Assembly (NCBI RefSeq): GCF_009834535.1
Contig: NC_045697.1
Coordinates: 50,160,001-50,224,000, forward strand
Direction of reading: 5' to 3'
From: Camelus ferus
Lineage: Eukaryota
Length of the DNA: 64,000 nucleotides
Shown piece after piece: positions 39,120 to 51,769 of this stretch. Every line of letters begins with the position of its first letter. The stretch's first letter is position 1. Both the position numbers and the translations under genes were made by a program. The notes under the pieces were generated by a model. That model saw only the letters and a program-made list of their open reading frames with translations, was not told the origin of the DNA and did no database searches.

Positions 39120-39320
39120 GGCAGTGTGACATGTGGTTGGACACATGACCTTGGGAGCCAGACTTCCTGCCTTGAATCCTAGCCCCACTCACTTACTCTC
39201 TCTACACCTCAGTTTCTCCACCTGCAAAATGGGGTTAATAACAGCAACTACTTCAAAGGTTGTTATAGGGATCAATTGAGTTACTATTCATAAATCTCTT
39301 AGAACATTGTCTGATTATTT
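39120..39320 (+). mobile_element. MIR SINE
   Basis: CCTCAGTTTCTCCACCTGCAAAATGGGGTTAATAA. Confidence 0.75.
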
Positions 39321-39413
39321 CAGAATAACCCCCCCAAATCCTGATTTTGAACAGTCCTCAAGGGTCATAGAATCTTTTTTTTTTTAAATCATAGTGACTT
39401 TATAATAATACAT

Positions 39414-39414
39414 T

Positions 39415-39469
<55 letters not shown>
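39414..39469 (+). repeat. (TTTA)14 microsatellite
   Basis: Perfect array seen directly. Confidence 0.97.
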
Positions 39470-41664
39470 TCATAGCATCTTTAAATGTTATTTTTAATTC
39501 TAACTTATAATGTTAATTTGTAACATAAAATTAATTTAATTATAATTTTTAATTTTAATTTATAAGATTTAATTATAAGATGTTTACTAGATAGAAACTC
39601 ATTCATTTACTCAGCATTTAATAAAAATTTACTAGCATCTTTCACCCTTTGCCTCTTCCTCTCCCATTGAAATGGCCATTGGCTAATATGTGATTAATTT
39701 GATGAGCAGTGAAATAATGTGAGAGCCATTATACCTGGCTATATAAGAATCTGACCTTGTACGTGGCTTCACTGGGTTATAACTTACAGAAAGGACTGCT
39801 CACTGAGAAAGTCATTTAAAGCATGGTTGAGCAACTGAACCCGGAGCTTATCATTAGAAAAACATTCTAAAAGAGCAGCAAGTAATTGCTATGTCTTTTA
39901 TAGGCAAAGTTATTGTTTAAAAATGCTGTTTTTAGTAAATTTGTTAAAAAAAATTTCAGCTAATTGGAAGAGACTATATGTGTAAGATTTAATTATAACC
40001 TTTAAAAAAAACTCTTAAAAATCTCCCTCCCACACATGCAATTAAAAGTGATATTCCCCCTAGGTCTAATCCTATATACAAGAGATTTTTGATATTCAAG
40101 ATATTTCTAAGCTCTCTTCCAGTTATTTTGACCTTGAAATGAAGATCCCAGCTATTCTGCAGGAAGCAATTTTCCCTCATATGTGCTGAGGTCATTTTGC
40201 AATAGACAGCGTTAGGTGTTTTTTGTCCTTTGCTTACATTTAGTCTTACCTTTCAGTTGATGTTTGTGACTGAGCTAGATTTATTTTTTAAGCATTGTGT
40301 CGGCTATAGTATTGTCAGTAAGGGATCTCCTTACTTGAGAAATACAGGCTTTGTGCGCGTTAACTGCCTTGGCTTTATCAAACATAAACTCCAGAGCTAC
40401 CTGGCAATGGATCCTTTCTTCAAACAAACAATAACCAAAAAATGAGGTTACACAGAAATCTTTAAATCTTTTCAGGAAGCAGAGTTTCACGTGTCTGAGG
40501 TTGAAATAATTATGTATATGACCAGTATCTCTTTGTGTTTGGAATGAGCCCAAGGAGAAAAAAAGGGAACATATTTGTTAGTGTAAAGGTCCTGACATTG
40601 CAATGTATCATTTTGGTTTTAAAATGTCCTTTTCATGCATCTTTTAAGCATCCGACACAATTCAGAGAATACTGTGGATGGTCCGTAAATCACTGCTACT
40701 TAAGTTGGTTGAGTGTTGCTTGGACAGTCTTGGCTTGGTCCAATGGATCTGTATCTGTAACTTCAGACATGGGGGCATCTACTAAGTTGAGGTGAATTCA
40801 GGACTGAATATTGATAGAGTTGGGAGAATGAGAGAGGTGACAGTGCCACTTGGACAGCTTGTTGATTTCTGGTCACTGCACTTTACCAGGGTCATGGAGA
40901 AGAGAGGGGAGCATTCAGAGGACAGTGGAGGGGATGGTGTACAGATCTGAAAATGGGGCCTTTGAGGATCAGATGAAGGAACTGGAGAGGACAAGCCCTA
41001 TGATGTTTTGAGGGGATGCAGTTGGGGGGGTGGTGAATAGAAGAGCATCACCTAAAAATCTGTGACTCCTACAAGTGGTAGAACTAGACCTGAAAGCTGG
41101 AAGTTATAAAGAGAGGCTGGGGGCAGCAGGGGTGGGGAAGGGGAGAAATCCTGTAGAATAACATTTATGGAGCTTTCTGTGTCTTCCGTGGTTGACTATA
41201 TAAAACCGTATACTTTAAAAATAATTTATAGTAAGAGAACTTGTGCATGCTGAAACTGTTTGCATTGCCCTCTGATGAAATGAGGGCTCCTGGGGGTTTT
41301 TGAATTCCCTGCCATGGAGGTATTTAAGCACTTGGGAGTGCTGTGTAGGGAGTTTATCACCCCTCCCTTTCAAACTCAGAATCTAAAATTTCAAGAAAAT
41401 TTTAGTAAACTGTTACCATCCCTAGTGATTTATATTAGGCATATTGTTACTGATGTTCAAGTGATGACAAGTTTTCAGCAAAGTGAAGAATGAAACTTAT
41501 GAATGCAGTGGTTGTACAGCTTAAAGATTTTTTTTAAACCAATTGTGTCCTTTATTAATTCCAAGTAATGAAAACTGTTAGTTTCTTTGAAAAAGACATA
41601 GTAGAGATTCTTAAAATTTTTTCACTTTTCACTTTCTTGCCCTCTTCTTGTTCTATTTTTACAG

Positions 41665-41811
41665 CTGTGAGGAAGGCTACGCTGGGGCAAGATGTGAGAG
41701 AGTTGACTTGTTTTACTTAAGAGGAGATAGAGGGCAGATTTTGGTGATTTGTTTGATAGCAGTTATGGTCATTTTTATCATTTTGGTGGTTGGTGTCTGC
41801 ACATGCTGTCA
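41665..41811 (+). CDS. BTC: Betacellulin exon 4 (EGF Cys5-6, juxtamembrane stalk, transmembrane helix, CTCC)
   Basis: TTTTTACAG acceptor, 147 nt, CA|GTAAGT donor; translates CEEGYAGARCERVDLFYLRGDRGQILVICLIAVMVIFIILVVGVCTCC. Confidence 0.98.
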
Positions 41812-42060
41812 GTAAGTATTTTTAAATTTACTTTAAAGTAAATCTGAAAATTTTTCATCTTGTTCACAATTTCCTTTCCTTCTCTCTCTCCTACCTACCT
41901 TTTCTTTCCTTTTGGCTTTTATGTAAATTGCTTTTCACAATTTGCCATCCTTTACTTTGAATTAATGAAACACATGACACTTGATTTTTTTTTTCATTTC
42001 ACTGAGCATAATTATTATAATTTAAAATAAAATTTATATAAATATCTTAAATGAAAAAAA

Positions 42061-42356
42061 GGAAGTGGGCAAAATGGATGAAGGTGACCCAAACGTACAA
42101 GCTTCTAGTTGTAAGATAAATGGATCCTGAGGATGTAATGTACGCTGGTGACTATAGTTAACAACACAGTATTGTGTATTTGAAAGTTGCTAATGGAGAA
42201 GATCTTAAAAGTTCACATTTCAAAAAAGAAACATTTTATAACTGTAGTGATGGATGATAAGTAAACTTACTGTGGTGATCATTTTTCAGTATAAACAAAT
42301 ATCAAATCATTATGCTGTATACCTGAAAAGGATACAATGTTGTGTGTCAATTATTT
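42061..42356 (+). mobile_element. L1 3'-end fragment (L1MA9-like), sense in intron 4
   Basis: GGTGACTATAGTTAACAACAC...TTGAAAGTTGCTAA...ATCAAATCATTATGCTGTATACCTGAAA. Confidence 0.85.
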
Positions 42357-43528
42357 AGTCCTGTAGTCAGTCATATTTTTTGTGTGTTTGTTAGTAGGCT
42401 AAACAAGACTATTAAACTGTACCATGACACAGTAACTTTGAAAGATAGAAACAAGCAAACCAAAATGTTTTTTTCTTGGTCACATTGAAAACATGAATTT
42501 TATTTCCAAAAGATAATTGCACTGTTTTTCCTGTCTTTACTTTTCACTATATATCACAGCCTCAGTAATCAAGAACAACCTTGTTTTCTTCTCTGAGACA
42601 GAATGGCTTGTTTCAATTCTTAAGTTAGTTTTGGAAACCTGTCAATTTTTTTTATCTGACCAGGACTCCCACAGAATCTTAAAGTGCTAGCTTCTTGTCT
42701 TGAGAAGTCTCCTGAACTGTTACACTTACTTTGAAGCTGTGGTACCTTAGAAGAGGGTGTCATGTGATTCCTTTCTTTACAGCATCCTTGGTAGAAAAAC
42801 ATGAGCATAGCTATCAAGAGTCTAGGGTCTTTGATTTTCATCCCAGCTCTGGCATTAAACATTTTTGAGAACTTGAACAAATTTTTCAACATCTTTACTT
42901 TTATTTTCTGTAAGACAAGAGGATTAAACCAAATAATCCATAGGATTTCTTCTAGCTATAAAAGCAAAAGTTATTTTTAACATTTTACCTTTATGGCAAA
43001 AAAAAATACTTGGCATTTTTATAATGCCAAGTTTGGGGCAGAGCTGGGAAATGCCCTATTTTACTGAATTTTGTATTACGCTTCAAGAAAACTGGACTGC
43101 AGTCTAGAATATCTAACGTATTTCTTAATATAGCACATCCAGAGCTATCCTCCTTCTCTTTGGTTTTCTCATGTCTGTTTCCTTTTTGTTCTATTTCTTG
43201 TTTACGCACTAAATGCTTATCAGTCTAGTTTGTGACATGGCTTGACCCAAAAAATTTTCCTCTGCTCCCCATGCATTGTCAACAATCAGGTACCCTATCC
43301 TTTCTATATAGATACAACTAAATTCTATCCACACTGTTGCGATTGTAGCTGTCATTTCAGCCTAGAGAAAGAGATGGATTAAGAGAGAACGTAAAATATA
43401 TATTTTTTAAAAGGAACCCATACATTTCTAACAGTCTAGAAATAAGATCATAGGTCCTCTTGATGATTAATTTTGTGATTCTATGAACTAATAGGCCCAC
43501 ACTAATTTCTAACACTTTATTTTCCAAG

Positions 43529-43637
43529 TCCTCTTCGGAAACATCGTAAAAGAAGAAAGAAAGAAGAAGAAATGGAAACTCTGGGTAAAGATGCAACTCC
43601 TATAAATGAAGACATTCAAGAGACTAGTATTGCTTAA
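43529..43637 (+). CDS. BTC: Betacellulin exon 5 coding part (cytoplasmic tail, HPLRKHRKRRKKEEEMETLGKDATPINEDIQETSIA*)
   Basis: TTTTCCAAG acceptor; TAA at 43635-43637; exon ends 2 nt later at CG|GTAAGT (43639/43640); joined CDS is 537 nt and open throughout. Confidence 0.97.
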
Positions 43638-44099
43638 CGGTAAGTTCAATAAACATGGTTGATGGGAAACTAATCAGGGACATTTACCTGGTAAAGTGGG
43701 GCTTAACTGCATCTAGTAAATCATTGACTGGAATTTGATTGTGTTTAAAAACATCTCAAAATAAGTTGATGATTTTTTCATAGACTCTGAAGCCAAATAG
43801 AAGACTCTCTCATATCTTTCTTTTGCATGATACTGCAGAGATAGCACATGGGAGAAAGGACTTTTATATATGTTTTCTAATGTACTGAGATCAGTGTGCT
43901 TTCTGGTTCTGCATGGTTGTGGTAGTGACTTAATATTTTTATAAAATATTAGCGATATTTGGTATATTTTTCATTTGGGGACACAGGAAGAAGTATTTTA
44001 GATATCTCACATTGAAAGAACATAGCAATGTTTTAATAATAACCATATTTATTGAGCAGTTACCACATGCCAAGCATTGTTTGGAGCTCTTTAAATGTT

Positions 44100-44570
44100 C
44101 TATCAAATGGGATAGTGGGAATCACAAATCCCCCCGGATGATCCAGTAAAGAGATTCTGATGAAGGGGCTGGGAGGGCAGGGTGGAGGGAGCCCACAGGA
44201 ATGTGGGGGCTCCTAGAGTCTATCGATGGCGGGCAGCTGTGCCCCTCCTATGCATGGAAGGGCTGGGGAAGAGTGATTTTGGCGTTGAGAGGCTGGCTGC
44301 ACCCGGGTCGGGGGTGGCACGGTTTAGGCAGGAGCTACTGTAGCTGTAGCTGTGGATGGTAAGAGCCACTGCCAGCACTTGAACAAGGAAGCAGGCAGGA
44401 AATGGGAAGAATAACCCCAAACCTTCTCTCTCTTGCTTTCAGATCTTCAGCAGGTGCCTCCCACTAGCCAAACCCCATGAGAACTCAGAGGGTAGGGGAG
44501 CCCTTGTGATGCAATCTGGAGGTCAGCCAGCCCCGTGAGCAGGGCAGAGGAAGGTTCCGGAAGGGCAGAC
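44100..44570 (-). mobile_element. ERVL LTR (LTR33-like) in intron 5
   Basis: GGTGCCTCCCACTAGCCAAACCC...CAGAGGGTAGGGGAGCCCTTGTGATGCA. Confidence 0.6.
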
Positions 44571-44589
44571 CGAGCACAGCTAGCTCAGT

Positions 44590-44930
44590 CAGACAAGATT
44601 GTTTTGTCTGTAACAGCATCAAACCCAACCAAACTAGTTCAAAATGAAGGAGACGTATTGGCTCACATGCCCTGGCAGTCCAGAGGAAGCGTAGCATTCA
44701 CCCTTGCTTGTATCAGAGTTCCCACGCAGAGAAATATTATTTCTGTCTTTCTGCTCACCATTTGAAGAGTTGGTTTCATCCTTGGCTAATTCATTTTAGG
44801 TCATAGAAGAGGCCAGCAGGGATCAGGGCCACATGCTTCCTTATCTCCATCAAGCAAGAAACAGCAGTGACTTTCCATAGCTTTCCCAGCAGTACAAAGA
44901 ATCTCCTTTCCCAGATCCTCCCAGCAGATT
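44590..44930 (-). mobile_element. Old MaLR LTR fragment (MLT1J/K-like)
   Basis: TGTAACAGCATCAAACCCAACCAAACTAG...TATTGGCTCACA. Confidence 0.5.
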
Positions 44931-45419
44931 AATAGGGTAGAGTAAAGGCTTATCAAAAAAATTGTAGTGTTCTCCTAACTTATTACCAAAATGACACTAA
45001 TGAGTTGAAAACAAAAATGCTGGCTCTAGATTTTTTTTTAATTACCTAGTATGTTTCTTTTGAATGGTTTGCTCCTTTTCCCCCCCTCTTTTTTCTACAG
45101 TTTATGAAGGTACCTCCTTTCTGGTGGCAAGCTACAAAATGCCTTACTCATTTGAAAATGGACAGAATGTGTCTCAGGAAAACAGCTAGCAACATGAATT
45201 TTAAATAATGTATTTACTTTTTGTTTGTAACGTTAACTTGTGTTGTTTACTATTGTTTTTATAATAAGAACAAATAATTTTATTATTGTATGGTAATTGG
45301 GGAAAAGCACCCAGTTAAGAAGGGAAATTTTAATAAACTTCCACTTAAGTTTTGTCACCAGGATTGTTAGTCAAACAAACAAGGAAAATAGGAAGGAGTT
45401 TAGATCTTAGGAACTGAAT

Positions 45420-45640
45420 TAATAATAAAGCTGCCATTTATCTGACACTATGTGCTAAGAGTGTGAAATATATTGTTTTCTTTAATTCCTTCAAGAACCT
45501 ATGATCCTCATTTCTCATGCATAGAAACAGGCCCTAAGAAGTTGAATAATTTAACACAGATTTACAGAGTCAGGATTTGGTGGAGCTGAAATTGGAACCA
45601 AGATTTACCCAAGTTCAACATTCGTGTTGTTAACCATCAT
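45420..45640 (-). mobile_element. MIR within the BTC 3' UTR region
   Basis: AATAATAAAGCTGCCATTTAT...CACTATGTGCTAAG...GAAACAGGCCCTAAGAAGTTGAATAATTT. Confidence 0.6.
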
Positions 45641-46988
45641 TTTTGTTCATTGGCGGTTCTGCAAACCAATTCATAATATAACCCAATATTTTACACTAAA
45701 GTGTTGTTTTGCCATGACTCTGGGACATTGGGACATTTTCCTGCAGAAACTCAGAATTCAGAGTCCTGGGTATATGTTACTGTTATTACCAACATGCTTT
45801 CTGTAGTCTTGACTTGCATTATGTTTCTTTGCTCCTTTATAAATTCTCAGTGATTTTCATACATTCTTACATTAGTTAAGCAAAATTTGCCCCATAGCTA
45901 GGGTAATGAATAGAGATGGAAAGTAAATGTCTGACAGTCTTCAAGTCCCAGGTAAGTGTCTATGCTCATTAAAGGAGAGATAACAGCTCTAAAAGAGTTT
46001 ATTTATCCTCTGGTAAGTGGTCAGTGACAGCACAGCAGACCCCAGGCAGAGACTGGCTGTGACCACATCCTCATTTTTTGTTCTTCTGAAAAACAATGCC
46101 TGTGACTACTCTCAGGTAAATTTTGGTGAAATGAAATCATGACCATAATCATCTATTACTTGGAATCATCTTGCCAAATGCTCCTTCAACTCCATATTAC
46201 ATTGAATAAAGATTCTTTTAAAACTGAAAAAACAAAATGCACATTTAGCTGGAATTCCATAGAATATGGAAAGTTCTACTCTGACTGAGTGGACCATTTT
46301 CAAAACTGATGACAGATGTCCCCAAATTGTGGCACGTTAGCTATTGTGCTTGTCAGCAAAGCAGCTTTTCCAGAATCTTTGTAACTTTTGCCTGGCAGTG
46401 TAGATGCCATACACCAAGGGAAAAGGGGGTTCAGAGAAAAGGTGAAGCTGTACACTGCCGTCTATCACACATCATGTTTTAAGTGAGACTGAGGCTGTGC
46501 TTAAGGTGTAACACAGAAATAGCTCAAATATCAATAAGGGCTAAGTCAAACCACCGATAATTTTCTAAATCCATTTTTCCTTCTGACTTAACATCCTTGA
46601 AATAGGATTATATTCAACTGAACCCTGTTGTATATGCTATATTTTCAAAAGCCTCCTTCTGAGTCATTCTTTCCCTTTCTCAGTCTTCTTTGATACTAAA
46701 AGTGCTTGAAACCCATGCTTATTAGAATGTTTAAAGTCAAAAAATCAATGCTGTTAATGCTGCTTCTTTCCTGAACTGAGGTTGCTTGACCAATGGAAAC
46801 TCTCAAGCCAATTCAAGCTTGGGAATTTTGTTTTGATTCTAAAAATGTTAAGGGTGTCTCTTGAAATTTGGTAGGTCTGAACTACCAAGAAAGACCTTCA
46901 AAGATTTATATCTTTTCAAAATGTATTTTATAATTGTTTGGCATATGCTAAGTGACCTTGTTTATGTAGACTGCCAGTATTATCATGT

Positions 46989-47076
46989 AATAAAATAAAT
47001 TTATTTTTAAAACAAAGCAAATGTATGTTTACTTAGGAATTTTCTATTGTTACCATGAATTATTAATCAAAATAAA
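46989..47076 (+). terminator. Candidate distal polyadenylation signal cluster for BTC
   Basis: Overlapping AATAAAATAAA at 46989-46999 and AATAAA at 47071, several upstream TGTA motifs, T-rich downstream sequence. Confidence 0.5.
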
Positions 47077-47279
47077 TTTGAACATTATTGCCTTAAAAAA
47101 GTTTATATTTTATAGCAACAATCATGAATACATGTGAAATAGTCTATTTTGACCATATGTTTTCCTTAGAATCTGAAGGATTGAGAAGTGCGCTAGCCAC
47201 CTAGGAGATTGTCTGCCCCACAGCCTGGCCCTATTTTTTAACACCATCTTCAGCTGCATTTGGTTGCTCTAAGGTAGGC

Positions 47280-47632
47280 ACTTAATGAAGTTGGCCAATT
47301 GGAGCCATTCCCAGGGGGATTGGGAGCTTGAACTAAAGTTCCTCCTCTTTGAGTCCTTGTGGGGCATAAAAATGCATTTTGAAGCTATTGGCAGTCATGT
47401 TTTGCTACATGTGGACCAGAAAAGCAAAGAGAGCTTGTGAGAGAACGGAGGTGAGACATAAATTTCCTGGCAGTTTGAGTTACTGTTGTGGGCATTTTTA
47501 AAGTTTAGCTTTATTCCCTTCCTGTGTGCAGGCTCCATGAGACATGTTAGTATCTTTATAATACATTCTTCATTTGGCTTAAGCTAGTTCTGTTTGGATT
47601 TGTGTAACTTGGAACCAAGATCCTGACTACTC
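47280..47632 (+). mobile_element. MaLR LTR fragment (MLT1J/K/L-like)
   Basis: 3' end GCTTAAGCTAGTT...AACTTGGAACCAAGATCCTGACTA. Confidence 0.6.
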
Positions 47633-50600
47633 TGGTGCATCTTGAGATTGTGGATAACAGTCTCTGAAAGCATAAATAACATTCTTTATGGAACAGTACT
47701 ATCAAAGTGTGCCTTCAGTTGTATCAGAACACTTCTAGGAACAATGTTGCGTTTTCACCATACAGCCATTCAGGACAGCAATTGCAGGGGAGCATGGGCT
47801 TGGGAGCAGAGAGCCCAGCAAGCACTGATTGGGCACCTCCTGCATTCTAAGCACAATGCCACCCATCAAGACAAATAATGAGGAAGAATCAGACATGGTC
47901 CCTTAGGTAATTTATAATCTAGTGGGAGAAACAACTACTCATTGATAATTTCAATACAATTTGGTGCTCTGGGAAAGGCTTAAGGTATTAGGGGATTGGA
48001 GAGGAGGATGATTTAGCCAGCTTTATCAGGAATTGGAGAAGCCCCCTGAAGGAAATTACATCTGAATTGATGGCTAGCTCTGAGAAATAAAGGTCTTTGC
48101 CCCAAATCCCGGGTAAGGCCAGATATTTCTTGGATCCTTGTCAAATTGTACGGAATTTCTTGGAAAGCTCTAGCAGTAGAGAGACTAATAAGTGTTGCTA
48201 CAAGGGAATAAAAGAAAGAGACAGCATCAAGGCTTCATGCCTTGTTTCAGAACGTCCACCACACGTGCATGACTGGGTGAAGAATATGTGCACGTGAGCT
48301 GTCAGGTGAGATGTTCCTGGTTCCAGTGATGTTACATCATTAAGCGATAGGTTGAGATGGAGAAGGGCTTTTGATTTCTTCCCTAAAGTGTATTATTTGG
48401 CCCTTTTACATTTCCCAATCTATATTACTGTCCATGGTGAAGGAGGGTTATGTAGAGAGTGGAGTCAAACATTCTGGGTCAAATAACTAGCTTTTTTGAA
48501 AAGGCCCTGGTTTGTGCAAAATTATGTGAAGGAAGTCTAGGATATATTTAAATGCCCATGCTTTTAAGACCAAGCTATGACCTTAATGAGACCTTTATTT
48601 TAGTATCATATTCTGCATATATATTTAGTTTATATTCTGCATATACTATGTTATGAGAACCCAAATGTATTGGGGAATTGCTGTCGTTCATTCATTCAAA
48701 AATATTTATTAAGCACCTACTAAGTGCTGAGTACCTTAGGTTCTGGGACCTCATCAGTGAAATCTATGACCTCGTGGTCCCACTAGCTTATGTTGCAGTG
48801 GCTATAATCTTTCCTAGCATTAAATTTAAAACAAAGCTTATCCAAGAGGTTACGTTATCCAGAGATCATTGTCATTAGACTTTTAACCTATGCCACTGTC
48901 TTGGAGCATGAAAGTCAAGGTGAGCATTCACAGAATAACCCAGTATATGGTAAGATTAGCCCATTTCTTTTGATCCCCAAATAATTCAAATATTTTAATA
49001 ATGACAATCAAAAGCAAAAAAAAAAGTATAACTATGTTTCTTTGGGTAAAAATCTTGGTTTACACATTTTTTTTTCGTTATGGTTGATGAACATAGGTGC
49101 TGTATTTGGGCATCTGTTCTTCAAAGGATCCTCTGTGCTTCAGAGTATTTCTCGGCAAAGGAGCCTGTTCCCATGTGATCAACTTTGGCAACTGAGTGTT
49201 AATGCTGGAACATAATGTGCAAATAGTCTATCCTTGCTAATGTTACTGATCCTGGGAATATGTATCTTATAATAACATCTAGTTGGCACTTCTGTAAACT
49301 CATTTGCCCTCAGGACCTGTCAGGTGTTTGAAGTAGTCTGAAATTCTATATTAGGAAACTAAATAAATTATATAACTTCAAAAACTATATCGGACAATTA
49401 TTTTCAAGAGATAAATTATGCTTCTGCTATTGGAAATTTCAAAATGTGGGTATCCAGAAATGTTTAATCTACAATTATAGTCCGTGCTTGTATTATAAAA
49501 GAAATGTTAACTAAACATGTTTTTAAAGACTTTTTCCTCCCATTTTTATTATTCTTACTCAAATTTAAGTTACCAAAAAAATAGTGCAATAGAGGTACTT
49601 CAGTAACTGTTTTCTTTTTTCTCCTTCTTCAGTTTATTTAAAAGAAGCTAACAAAACAGAATTCTCCACAAACACAGAACTCCTTAATGTTGCTTGCTGC
49701 TGTGGCAAGTATAATTATTCTTGTATGGTGTATGCAGAATGATAAATTTTTTTGAAGCTCTGTGATCCAAACTGGATAATTATTTGTCATATGTTGGGTT
49801 TTAATAAGAAGTGAGAGAGAACTTTTTTCCAACTTGCTCTGTAAAACCATTTTTGAAATACTGCAATGTATAAGCTAATTTTAATAAACCTGTTTTTAGC
49901 ATATTCTTTTTTAACACCTTAGGAACATTTGTTTACTCAATGAACCAGAACTAGCAACCCTAAAAAAAAAAAAAAATCATTTGCATAGTGTTTTTTGTTT
50001 GTTGGTTGGTTTTGTTTATTTTACTCCTGAAGATCATCTGGTCTTGGATATTGGGTTGTCACCTCTCTGCCTCTTAACTCTATCTGCACATCAAAATCTC
50101 TGAACTCTTAACCAAACCAGTGTCCTGGTTATTCTATAAATGGCATAGGGATGGGGGAAATTTGCTTCTGAGCTATTATAATGCAAAGGCTTTGAGCATA
50201 GGATCTTTATTCAGACAGATCTGGGCTTCAGTCCCTGATCTCTCACTTACTGGGAGCCCCTGGGCAAGTTTCGTAACCCTACTAATGTTCTCATCAACCA
50301 GGTAACAATAAATAATAAATAGGGTGGCCTGAGAGGATTAGATGAGATAAAGCCAGCAAAATGTTTAGCCTCACACCTGGAATATTTTAAGCATTCCTTG
50401 AGGTAAACGTTCAATTAATATTAATTACTATTAGAAAGGCCAATAATATTAAGGGTGATAATGATGAAAATGATGTTCTCTGATTACTCTTATGGAAAAC
50501 AAGGATCTCATTTCTGAAGTGAAATCAGTGCACTGATGCAGTAAAAGTTTTCTGTGTTTTTAAGGATTCATGATCCCTATGGAAAGGAATGTCTTTCTGC

Positions 50601-51769
50601 TTTGTCTGAACAAGCCATGTTTAGGTAAAGAATTCCAGCTTGGTGACTGGCCCTAAAGACTGCCTCATTTCTCTCTCTATATTCTTCCCGCCTCCCTTCC
50701 CTACTCCTTTCTTGAAAAAACCCAATGAGATAAACTGAAGAAGAGTTATTACAATGCTATTGAAAATAATTAATAATAATAATAATAATTAATAATTAAA
50801 GGCCTAATGATTTTTAAATTGTGCTGTGATAAGTCTGCTATTTTGGGATGTGGAGTTGGACTTTACCACTTGTAAACTCAACGTTATTGGAGGTGTTAAA
50901 AATAATTTGGGCCTGGGCTAGGGAGTAACCTCTCTCACTGTTTATTCACAGTGTGCTTGCATGGTAAGAATCATTATCCACATTTGCATGATTATGACCC
51001 TAAGGCTCAGGAGGCTTACATACAGATCCTGCCAGATCATTTTACTTGTAAATCATTGTCACCTGCCTCTTAACTTTGGCATCTTAAACCTTGAAATAAA
51101 AGTACAACTGAAATTATTTACCTTCCAAAGGAGAGAAAAAGAAATGTAGACTCTGCCAGTTAGCTCAGTAAATGACTACTACGTGTGACAGCATTTGAGA
51201 CATTTTCAAAAGTGAAAACTGAACAGGAATAAGATAAAAGGATTCACTGGCAACCAGCTGATTAGCTTTGCTTGTTTTTAGAATTCAACCTTTCAGCCAG
51301 ATTGAACAGGTTTAGCTATCTTTTCTGAAGTCTGTTAAAATATCTAAAAATAAGAGAAAATGACATTAAATAAAACACATGTAGATTGAGCAACAGGGCA
51401 TGCGCACTAAGTCAAGGTACACATATAATGCTCTTATTGGAGAGTACTCAATTTGGTAGGACCAAAATAATCTCTTGAACCACAAAGGATATGAAGAAGT
51501 AAAAAGCCCGGAGAGTATTTGGCTGTTCCTGAAGCTTTTACAAATAGTAAAATTTTATACGAACTGATTTATTTTAAAATATTTTTCTGATACCCCAAAT
51601 TAACTCCATATTGTTCAAGTCCCGTTAAGTTCAGTGGAACTTCATTAATTTAAACCCCACCCATCAGCATTTGTCACCATTTAGACATGGAATAAGCAGG
51701 TGTTTACCTTCACGATAATGAAGAAATCGTATTTTTTAAAACTCACAAAGGTATCAAATGTTAAAAACC

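Larger units (their letters stand above)
45101..47100 (+). other. BTC: BTC non-coding exon 6 / 3' UTR (3' end uncertain)
   Basis: Long pyrimidine tract plus CTACAG acceptor ending at 45100; following sequence resembles the recalled human BTC 3' UTR (ATTTGAAAATGGACAGAATGTGTCTCAGGAAAA); AATAAA at 45332, 45424, 46205, 46989/46994 and 47071. Confidence 0.8.
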
